Below, in pieces: positions 9,562-19,221 of a stretch of DNA of 20,000 bases. The stretch is taken from assembly GCA_013265495.1 (NCBI GenBank), contig MU057989.1:366037-386036 (forward strand), in the 5' to 3' direction. A program made the translations under genes and the position numbers. Below the pieces are notes generated by a model. The model saw nothing but the letters and a program-made list of their open reading frames with translations, was not told the DNA's origin and did no database searches. The first letter of the stretch is position 1, and every line of letters starts with the position of its first letter. Origin of the DNA: Vicugna vicugna. Its lineage: Eukaryota.

Positions 9562-11298
9562 GTGGGCTTTAAGTGATGGTTTTTTCTTTTTCCCTCTAAG
9601 ACTCAGGACAGAATTATATCATAAAATGTCCTTCTTTTGGTGTATTTTGTCCCAAAACAAAGCTTAGACCCACATATCCAAAAAGCAACAACAGAAAAAG
9701 AGCAACAGGCAGAAAGGAAGAACCAAAACTATTATTTGTAGATGGTATAATTTTTAACCACAAATTTTAACAGAACTGAGAAATTACTGAAAATTAAGAA
9801 CATTCAGAGAAGTGGCCACCAATTTTGCAAATATATAAGTAAAAATAACTTTCCTATGTAAAAGCAATACCGACTAGAAAAATATAATGGAAAAAAACTA
9901 CTTACAATAACAAAATTGTGTAGAACTTACATGAAGAAAATTAGAAAAACTTACTCAGGATACAATACTCCCATCAATGGAAAGTATGTTTCTGGATGGG
10001 AAACCAAATTTGTAAAGGTAATTTTTCCCCAATAGTTTATAGGATTAATCTATTCCAATCAAAATACCAATGTAAAACCTTAGGAAAACTAAGAGCAAAA
10101 CTGATCAAGAATCCTTAAAATCTCCCATCACTGGATCGGTCCCATGAAGGCACCACTGGCCTTGCCTCTGGCAGATGTCAGAAGTCTTGGGATCAGGAGG
10201 TCAAAGAGAACAAATACCCACTACAACGACAACACTGGAATCCTGTCTCTTGAGGGGTAATGTGAGCTAGCGACTGGAGACATAATTTCTAAAACTAGAA
10301 CACTTTGCTTATGAGGTAGTGCCCACCCACTGCCAAAGGTCTGATGACCACTTAGATGGGAATGAAGCACACGGTAAATAAGGTTATTGACCAGCCATGG
10401 ATCCAAACCAACGTCCTGTCTTCCTCCTCCTCTTCAGGCTCTTGGGGCTCCCCTCCTAGCAGGTTTTCTTCTTGGCTCAACAGAGGGACAAGATTCCAAA
10501 GAGCTTTTCCAGGAGTGGGGCTGGGTGGCCAGGCCTGAGCACCCCGAATTTCTTTCGGCAAGGGAAAGGCATGAGAGAGCTGTTTGAGCAATTAATGGCT
10601 GAACAAAATACAGTATGAATGTTAGATACTTCAATCATGTTGTGAAATGGATTTCTGTTAAGTTTTACGTTCCCCTACTAATTGCAAATGTTATTGAAAC
10701 TGATCTTTGATCACCTACAAATGACAAGAGTAAGTCTTTGACATTCAATTGCTGTATTTTCCTATATTCCAAAGTAAACACTCCCTTTTAACTCTCAAGC
10801 TTACTGGTGTCCTTAGAGGGTTACATGAACTGCTGTATAGAAGCTGTTGGCTTAACAAATCAGTAGTTTGGTTCTTTCAGGGGAACACAGTTCCAGAAAA
10901 GGACATGTGCATCATTTCTCAAGTGTGAACTCTTATGTGGGAGAAAAAATAGACGTACTTTCAGAACACTCTGTTCACCTTGAAGGTAAGCAGCTTCCAG
11001 ACTCCTATTTCAAAGCCTTTCTTGGAAAAGGGATCTGTGGCCTGTACATAGTTGTATAAGTTCACAAAAGAAAGCTCTTTAGTCCAAAAAGCCTGGTTGC
11101 TAACTGAGGTATAGCCCTTGAGGGTTTTTTTTCCCCTGTGAATTTTCTAAAGACTTGAGGTTTCAGCCAAGATGGGTATTTACCCATCTTTGGCTCTAGT
11201 GAGGTTTTGGTATCTGTATTGTTTCAGATAGCCTGGGAATTCAGAATTCCTTATGGAACATTTCAAGTTGAGGCAGGACTATCCGACCTTTCCTGGTC
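9540..11298 (-). other. ZNF200: Probable ZNF200 3'UTR (3' end inferred)
   Basis: Follows the stop codon. The end is inferred from a candidate ATTAAA signal at 9556-9561. Confidence 0.45.
9660..10085 (+). mobile_element. Old L1M ORF2 fragment
   Basis: A-rich sense-L1 phrases: gaaaggaagaaccaaaactattatttgtagatggtataatt and aatctattccaatcaaaataccaa. Confidence 0.65.
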
Positions 11299-12020
11299 TC
11301 ACTTCTGTTTTCGGGTCTTACATGCTGAGTGCGTTTTTTCATGCCGGGTACAGTTTGACAGACGACCAAATCTTCTCCCACATTTTTTACAACCATATGG
11401 CCTCTCAGCCTTATGACTCTGCAGATGAATCACAAATTCTTTGTTTTCTGGGAAGGTTTTCCCACATTCTGGACACTTAAATATCTTCTCCCTTATGTGA
11501 ATTCCTTCATGGCGACTCCGATGAGAATTTTGACGGAAGTTCTTCCCACACTGAGAACAAGAGTAAGGTTTCTCTCCTGTATGGATTCGCTCATGTTTAT
11601 TAAGGTTTGTTTTATGATTGAAGCTTTTCCCACAATGACTACAGTCATAGGGTTTTTCTCCAGTGTGAGTCCTCTGGTGGGAAATAAGGTAAGAACTTTC
11701 GTTAAATTGTTTTCCGCACAGTGGACAAGTATACCATCTTCTTGTTCTCCTATTTCGGGTAAGTGCAATCACACTGATATCCACGTATTTTGAGAGTTCC
11801 TCAAGTGGAGTATCATTTTCAATAGTAACTAAAAGATTTCTCATTTTCCTTTCCTTTGGAATGGATGTATTTAGTCTTTCCTCTTTTTGGCAATCTGGGG
11901 GTTGCTCAGAGACCACGGAACAATCCACTTCATCGTAATCTAAAGACTTTTCTCTACAATCTTCATTCTCTACAGGTTCCTTCTGAAGATCTTCACCCTC
12001 AGGATTACTGTCATTGACTG
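11299..12020 (-). CDS. ZNF200: ZNF200 last coding exon (acidic linker plus five C2H2 zinc fingers); upstream exons lie outside the window
   Basis: The translation ...RKMRNLLVTIENDTPLEELSKYVDIS...WYTCPLCGKQFNESSYLISHQRTHTGEKPY...HSACKTRKQK* matches the recalled human ZNF200 C-terminus. The frame stays open upstream of the listed ORF start (11928) to the acceptor ttctctctgtttcag|CA GTC AAT GAC AGT AAT CCT GAG (A-V-N-D-S-N-P-E). TGA stop at 11299-11301. Confidence 0.96.
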
Positions 12021-12439
12021 CTGAAACAGAGAGAATTTAATAACTTTTGAGGGGTATGACACCAGGTGGGGAAAAACAAGTCCAATTCTCATGAAACTAT
12101 TACCCTGAAAGTCAGAAATCTGAGCCCCAGCAAATAATTGCTATCAGCGCTTTCCCACTCTTGTTGAGGGTGGGATACATGACTGATAAACCCTTCCACA
12201 CCCCATATGCAAGCACACAGTCCTCTTTCTACTTTTCTTTAAAAAATTGAAATGAGTGGAACTACACTGCAAGATTTCATATATTTTTTCTGAATGGCAC
12301 TAATTACTCACTCACCAAGTTCATACTGACCTTATATTCTGTGTGGAGCATGGGGATGAGGACATAAATACTAAAGTGTGCCACTTATAATCTTTAGGAG
12401 GCCAATAAGTGAATGGTAAGAGTTACTTCCAGGTTTTCA

Positions 12440-12810
12440 CCACATTCAATGTTACAATATTATAGTATTAGGTAACATTATAATATCCTATATAGTGAAA
12501 AACTGGAAACAATTAAAATAACCAAAAATAAAAGAGGCATAGTATATTCACACAATGGATTATTATTTGTACATTAAAGGATTATTAAAACTGACAAAAA
12601 ATGAGACTATGGAAGACGTCAACAGTTGTCTTTTGGGGGGAGGAAGGAGAGTAGTGACTGGGCAGCGGCCCAAGAGGGATTTCTGGGGTGTTAAGAATAG
12701 TCAACTTTGGGTGTGGTTAGACAAATGTGTACATTTTGCAAAAATGTGAGCTTTACATTTATGATTTGTAGACTTTTCTGTATTTGTATTTCCCAAAAAA
12801 GTCTATAAAA
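12440..12810 (+). mobile_element. Old L1M 3'-end fragment
   Basis: aaaactggaaacaa, tatattcacacaatggattattat and gtacattttgcaaaaatgtgagctttacattt. Confidence 0.6.
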
Positions 12811-13356
12811 TAAGAGATTATAAAGACTAGGTGACAGAGTGGGAAAAAAAGTATGCTGTGAACAGACAGTGTGACAAGGGACTTGTCTGGGCAACTTACT
12901 GAGAATAAAGTAAAGGATTAAAGCAACCACTTAGATATGTGGTTGATCTTGAAGCTGGAATATGAATCTCTGCTGGATTTAGTAGATTCACACCAATAGA
13001 TTTTCTTTTTAATTACTTCTTATAATTATTCCCTTAGGTTAATGAAAATGCTGTGTCAAAATATGTGCCAATTTTTATCACAGCTCTTGATATGAACTGC
13101 TATACCGCTTTCCAAAGAAGCTGTACAAATTTCAGTACAACTGTCAACATGTGGCTATCAATTTTACCTAATCTTGCCAGCATTAGATATAATTTTCAAA
13201 TATTTAACAGATATAAAATGGTTTTTCAATGTAGCCTTATTTTACTCTTTGATTACTGCAAACCAGTAATTCATCTATTGGACTGAGACCCTTTATAAAT
13301 TAAAATAAATTTTATATATTACAAATCTTAGTCTTTTTGTCAGTCACTACTGATAC

Positions 13357-13439
13357 ATTTTTTTTTTCTTGGGCAGGGTAATTAGGTTCATTCATTCATT
13401 TATTTTTTATGGCAGTACTGGGGATTGAACCCAGGACCC
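13357..13439 (-). mobile_element. 5'-truncated Vic-1-type SINE
   Basis: Poly-T followed by ggtaattaggtt..atggcagtactggggattgaacccaggacc. It stops after the B-box and lacks the A-box half. Confidence 0.85.
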
Positions 13440-13510
13440 AAATTGTTATATATTTGTGATATATTTTTTTAATCAAAGTCTTCCTCTATAATAACTCAAC
13501 AACTTAAGAT

Positions 13511-13540
13511 ACACACACACACACACATACATATGTATAT
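13511..13540 (+). repeat. (AC)8 microsatellite with AT tail
   Basis: Directly visible. Confidence 0.9.
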
Positions 13541-14206
13541 AATCAGTCTTTCAGAATCTGATAAATTTCTATTCTGTCCTGGCCCTTCTTTTATGAGTTA
13601 TTTTTACAGTTAACTCTGACACATATGGAATTCAGTATCACAGTGTTGTTTGTAACATGTCTAATATTGGTAAAACCCGCCAGAATATCTATTTCTACCT
13701 TTTCACAAATTTGACTGTGTTTACAGTATAAATAAATTTGGAGGGCACTGATGCCTTTACATGATTCCCATTTAGACCTGTTTCTAATATTTAAGAATCT
13801 TCTATTAACCAATAAAACGTCTCTAGTTTACTCCTATTTTATAGCCATTCTGAATGAGAGCTTTCATTATTGTGTGTGTATTTAAGCATGCTACTGATTG
13901 TTAAATATTTATCCCTATAGACCTACTTTAAAACTATTAAATATAATAATGTTTTTGTTGATCCTTTTAGATTTTCTAAGTACAGATCATATTTTGGTGC
14001 CTTTTCTTTCTAATATTCATTCTTCTTAACCCCTTTTTCTTATCTTCTTGCTTTAGAAAATCTAATTAATGATATTGATGGTGACAGCAGATTACGTTAT
14101 TCTCAGTTTAAAGGAATTACCATCAGTGTTTTATAAATGATTATAAACATTAGGTTATATTTAAGAGCTAAATCTCTATTTTGAGAACAATTAACTGAAA
14201 CTCAGA

Positions 14207-14386
14207 GGGGGAGGGTATAGCTCAAGTGGTAGAGCACATGCTTAGCATGCACAAGGTCCTGGGTTCAATCCCCAGTACCTCCTCTAAAAATAAATAAGTA
14301 AACCTAATTACCCTCCCCAAATAAAAATAAATGTAAGAAAGAAGAAAACTACAAAAAAAAAAAAAGAAAAAGAAAAGAAAAGAAAA
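14207..14386 (+). mobile_element. Full-length Vic-1-type SINE with long A/GAAAA tail
   Basis: ggggagggtatagctcaagtggtagagcacatgcttagcatgcacaaggtcctgggttcaatccccagtacctcc carries Pol III A and B boxes, followed by aaacctaattac and an A-rich tail. Confidence 0.93.
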
Positions 14387-14429
14387 TCGTATGATTTTTC
14401 TTATTTTCCTGAAAAAGTCAATGAAAATA

Positions 14430-14672
14430 CAGTTGACACTTGAACAACATAGGTTTGAAATGCCTGGGTCTACTTATATGCAGATTCTTTCAACAGTAAA
14501 TACTGCAGTACCACATAATCCAAGGTTGGTTCAATCTGCGGATGTAGAACCATGGATGTAGAGGAACAGCAGGTATGGCTATCCCTGCTGATTGCTGGTA
14601 TCAATTATACTTAGATTTTTGACTGCTGGGAGGGTGGGCACCCCTCACCCCTACATTGTTCAAGGTCAACTG
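14430..14672. mobile_element. Tigger2-family (TcMar) non-autonomous DNA transposon / MITE, 243 bp
   Basis: Terminal inverted repeats CAGTTGACACTTGAACAACATAGG and CCTACATTGTTCAAGGTCAACTG, flanked by TA at 14428-14429 and 14673-14674. Confidence 0.9.
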
Positions 14673-14779
14673 TAGTTTACATTCCTTAAATGTACTAATT
14701 GTAAAAGTATTTTAGAAACTGACTATAACTCAATAAAAAAAATAAAATTTATATTTAAAAAAGTATTTTAGTAAATATA

Positions 14780-17700
14780 TTGATATGGCTCAAAAATCAG
14801 AACATGAAAGGTTATACACTGAGAAGCCTTACTCTATAATCTCTGTCCGCATCCATTCTATTCATCCCCCAGACAGGTTCATTAATTTTTTTGTTCTCCC
14901 ATTATTCCTTTAGGGAATACATTTTTCTTTTTCTCCCCCTTTCTTATATAAAAGGTAATACACTATGTATATTTCTGCTACTTGTCTTATTTCAGTCACT
15001 ATAGTCCAGTGCAGAGAGATTATTGTGCTATAATGTGTGGAAACATACTATATTCAACGAGTCCCCTGCAGAAACACTTGGATTGTTTTCAACCTTGTGT
15101 TCTTACAAACAATACCACAATAAATAACCCTGTACCTTATTTTGAACATATGCTGTTGCTATTATCTGTAGCTCAGATTCCCAGAAGTGGGTCTGCTAGA
15201 TCAAAAGGTAAATGCGCCTGTAACATGGGTAATTACAGATTCCCATACATAGGGACTGCACCACTCTGCCTGCCAACCAGCAATACACCTGTCTCCCAAC
15301 AACCTCACCACCAATGTGTTGTTAAATTTCTGATTTCTATAAATCAGACAGATTTTTTAAAAAGGTAACTCAGTAAAGGATTTATTTGCATTTCTAATTA
15401 TGAGTAGGGCTGGGCATCTTTTCATGTATTTAAGAGTAATTTGTATTTCTAAGAGAATCTGTTGGTCTTTCTCTTCCCAATTTCTAGGATCTCTAATAAA
15501 TTAGGGAGATTAGGCTTTTGTCTGATAAGTTGCAAATATTTTCCCTTAATATACTGCATTTTATTTGCTCATATATTTGTTTATATTGTCATACATAAGT
15601 TTTTTTTTTTATGTGTTTACTTTATTGATCTTGTCTTTCAAGACTTCTGGATTTTTCTGTCTTAGAAAAGTCTTCCTAGCCCATGGTTATATAGGAATTC
15701 ACCCACATTCTTTAACTGTGTGTTTTTTAAAAAGCATTTAAAATCTTTGATCCACCTGGAGATTTTCTTGGTGTGCAAAGTAAGGTATGATTCACCAAAT
15801 GGCCATTAAAAATGGCTACTAAATTGTCCCAGTACCTTTTATCAAAAATCCCTCTTTACCTTGGTGATTGGAGATCCCAACTTTACCATAAACCAAATGT
15901 GTATCTGAAGCTATTTCTGGGCTTTTTGTTCCATCCTATTGGTCTATCTACTCACATGCCAATACTGTAACACTGTTTTCAAGGCAGGCTTTAGACACTG
16001 CTTTAAACCTGAGAGGCTAGAACCCTCCTCCTCCACTGCTCTTCTTTGTAATTTTCCTCATTACTTGTATTTATTTTTCCATTTGAATTGGAGATCAGAT
16101 CGCCTAGTTCCAGGGGAAAAAATCCTACTGGCTTTGTTAAGGGATTACACTGAACTTATAAATCAATTTAGAGAGAACTAACCTTTATGTTAAATCTTCC
16201 CAACCAAGAACATGTATTTCTTTCCATTCACTCAAATCTACTTCTATGTCCTTTAAAAGTATTTTAAAGTTCTCCTTATAATTTCTGCACAGTTCCTAAG
16301 CTTATTCCTAGGTGTTTAATCTTTTTTGTTCCTATTGTGTATCTTCTAAACAATTGTGTTTGCATATATGAAAGCTAATGATTTCCATATAATAATTTTA
16401 CATCCCATTGTCTTACTGAATGCACATATTATTTGTAATAAGTTTTCAGAAATTCTCTAGGATTTCTCAGCTACACCATTATCATATGTAAATAAGCTGT
16501 AGTCTGAATTTCTCTCAAATTCTTATACGACTAATTTCTCATTTAACTGCACTGGCTAATACCTGAACCACAATATTAAATAGTGGCAGTGCTAGTGGGC
16601 TTCGTTGTCGTATTCCTAATTCTAGTGGGAACACCTCTCAGTGTTTCCCATTAAAGATGATGCTGGCTGAAAGGATAAGTAGTCCATTAAGGAAAAATCC
16701 ATTAGTTACTATTTTGTTATCTTTCTTATGAAGAAGGAGTTTGTATTTTGTCAATTATCTTTTCAGTAATTATGAAAATGATCATCGGATTCTTCTTTTT
16801 ATTATAAGATGGAAAGACTTAGAATAAAAAGATTTTCTATGACTAACTCATTTTTGCATTCCTGGAGTAAATCTTATTTGGTCATGGCAATTTTTTTTCC
16901 CCTTTGGGGGTAATTAGGCTTATTTACTTAAATGGAGGTACTGGGGATTGAACCCAGGACCTTGTGCATGCTAAGCACATGCTCTACCACTGAGCCATAT
17001 CCTCCTGATCAAGGCAATTTTTACCAGGTTGTGATATCTTTGTTACATTAATTTCATAAAAAGAATCTGGAAGTTTTCCTTCTTTTTGTATACTGTGGAA
17101 GTCCTCACAGCATTTGAATTGTCTAATTTTTAAAGATTTACAAGAATCTTCTGTGAAACTGAGGCTGGTCCTTTTTCTTGTGTGTGGGACTAGGCTTTTT
17201 GAGTTTCAATTTCCTCTATGGAAATTGCTTTCTCTATTTGTAAATCTTTCTACTTATTAGGTCCTTTATTTTTAACTTATGGATTTCTAAGTTTCTATTT
17301 ATTAATATTTTGCTCCTGTTTTCCTTTCATATATCTTGTTGTTTTCCGAATTTTGGGTTAAAGGCTTAATTACTTTAATTTTTGTATATCAATATACATT
17401 TTTTATAGCCTTGAATAGTCTTCTGAGTACCACTTTAGATTATATCATAGACTCTGACATGTAGTGTTTTCTAGAAAAATTATGCTATTTTAATTTGTAT
17501 TTCTCCTTTGACCTAAGGTTACTTAATAGTTTCTAAATTTACAGGTAGAAAGAATTTACAAATTTTTCATTATTAATTTCTAGTTTGTACCACACTGTGA
17601 TAGATCCTAATGTATTATTTCTACTTTTTGGACTCTCCTGATTCTTCCTTTATTGCAACAGTACATAGTCAATTTGTATCAATCCTGGAAAGATATATTC
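14780..17700 (-). mobile_element. Long, highly decayed L1M element (3' end through ORF2), interrupted by a SINE
   Basis: Antisense L1 phrases in colinear order: cccagaagtgggtctgctagatcaaaaggta, tttatttgcatttctaattatgag, tctttgatccacctggag, cttattcctagg and ttttgcattcctggagtaaatcttatttggtcatgg. Confidence 0.75.
16896..17005 (-). mobile_element. Vic-1-type SINE with ~17-bp imperfect TSD
   Basis: Antisense SINE body. Flanks TGGTCATGGCAATTTTT (16879-16895) and TGATCAAGGCAATTTTT (17006-17022). Confidence 0.92.
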
Positions 17701-17889
17701 TTTTACCACAGTAGAAGACAAACAGAACGATAAGAACCATCTCACTGACAATTTAAGTGTTCTACATTTTTTATTGTTTTCATGTGGTTTATTTGGACTG
17801 AGACACAAATTCTGTCTTCCTCTGTCTGGCTCTCCTTTTGATTCCTGTCCTGAGGTTCATTCCCTTACACTTTTCCCTTTGCAAAGCAA

Positions 17890-18090
17890 CCAAATATTAC
17901 TATTCCAGCTACCAACTATATGCTGATTACTCCCAAATCTCTATATCCTTATGTCTGACCTCTAATCCCCACTGTCCAAGTGCCCAGAAAATAACCTTGT
18001 TTTATTTCCTGCCATGGACTGAATCTCATCTAAAATCAAAACTGTCTTCTTCCAAACTCTGCTCCTGGGTCCAAACCCTGCCATGGCCTT
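17890..18090 (+). mobile_element. L2 fragment
   Basis: ccagctaccaactatatgctgattactcccaaatctctatatcc resembles the L2 RT 'YADD' region. Confidence 0.6.
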
Positions 18091-18883
18091 ACCATAGCTC
18101 TCTATAGCTATAACTTGAAGTCCTTAGAGGGTAGGAATGGAGCATTACATATTAGCATTATGTATTTTTTTTAACCTGCTGAATATCAACTCCAAAAGCC
18201 AACTCTGCCTGACAAAAAACCAAATAGCATTTATTAAATGTTGGTGAATGACTCTAAGCTTAAATCACCAGCTGCAGAGTTTGGGCAAGGGAGGGGAAAG
18301 GTGAGGGTGAGGATTGATTCTCAGGCCCTCGATGTGCAGTGTTACTGGAGCTGTCAAGATATCCACCAGTCACCCAAAATAAATTCTAGGTTTGCCTAAG
18401 GCTCAGGAAAAACTTAGTGTAATAAATCTGATCTGTTTACACTTTTCCTTAAAATAAAGAAAATATTTTTTTAAAAAAAGAAAGTATTACATAGAATAAT
18501 CTGTGGGAAATTAACCAGGCCCAGTAGGTACGGCTACCCTGACTATGCACTGTAAGACAACTAGAGTTCAATAACCATGGATTTCTCACCCCAGGCAACT
18601 CAAAGAACTCCCTCTCTGCTCTATGTCAGCCTCAGAGCCAGTCTTGAAGGCAAAGTAAAAAGTACCAGGCACTCAGCAAAATGATTTTTGAGGGCTCCTG
18701 ACTCTACAGTACAAGTATATTTCTAGAGAAAAGCCGAAGTATCTCTAAGCTGCTTCCAGATGAGTTCACATGTAGCACTGAGGACACTTATTAACCGTTA
18801 CTGGGAAATGAGGACAAATGAAGAAGGCCCCATTCACCAACCATACAGGAAATTCACAAACAAAATTATGAGAAATGCAGCAA

Positions 18884-19145
18884 GGAGGCAGTATAGCTCT
18901 GGGTCAAGACTGCAAGCTCTGATGTTAGATCTCCTGAGTTCAAATACCCACTCCACAACCTACTGTGTGACCTTTAGCAAATTTCTTCACTGACCTGTGC
19001 TTCAGTTCCATCATCTATAAAATAGTAATAATTCCTATGCCCCACAGTACTATTTTGAGAATAACATGAGATAATAAATGCATGCAAAGTACTTAGACTA
19101 GTGTACATTGGCATACAAGTGCTTAGTAAGTGCTAGATGTTATTT
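18884..19145 (+). mobile_element. Near full-length MIR
   Basis: gaggcagtatagc.., ctgagttcaaatacccactccac..ctgtgtgaccttt agcaaatttcttca..ctgtgcttcagtt..catctataaaat..., ending gtgcttagtaagtgctag..tatt. Confidence 0.88.
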
Positions 19146-19221
19146 CCATTGAAAATGATGTTTTCTCTTATACTAGTACATACTTCACAGATATTGAACA
19201 TCAAAAAAAAAAAAAAAAGAC

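Noticed and set aside
11114..11132. GCCCTTGAGGGT hairpin followed by a T-run, like a bacterial intrinsic terminator
   Set aside because: Short stem in a mammalian 3'UTR on the non-coding strand; likely chance.
11207..11793. Alternative-frame and antisense ORFs over the ZNF200 exon
   Set aside because: Typical shadows of a C2H2 array.
14207..14283. tRNA-like sequence with A and B boxes
   Set aside because: It is the head of a SINE (SINE tail, poly-A, four related copies in the window), not a tRNA gene.
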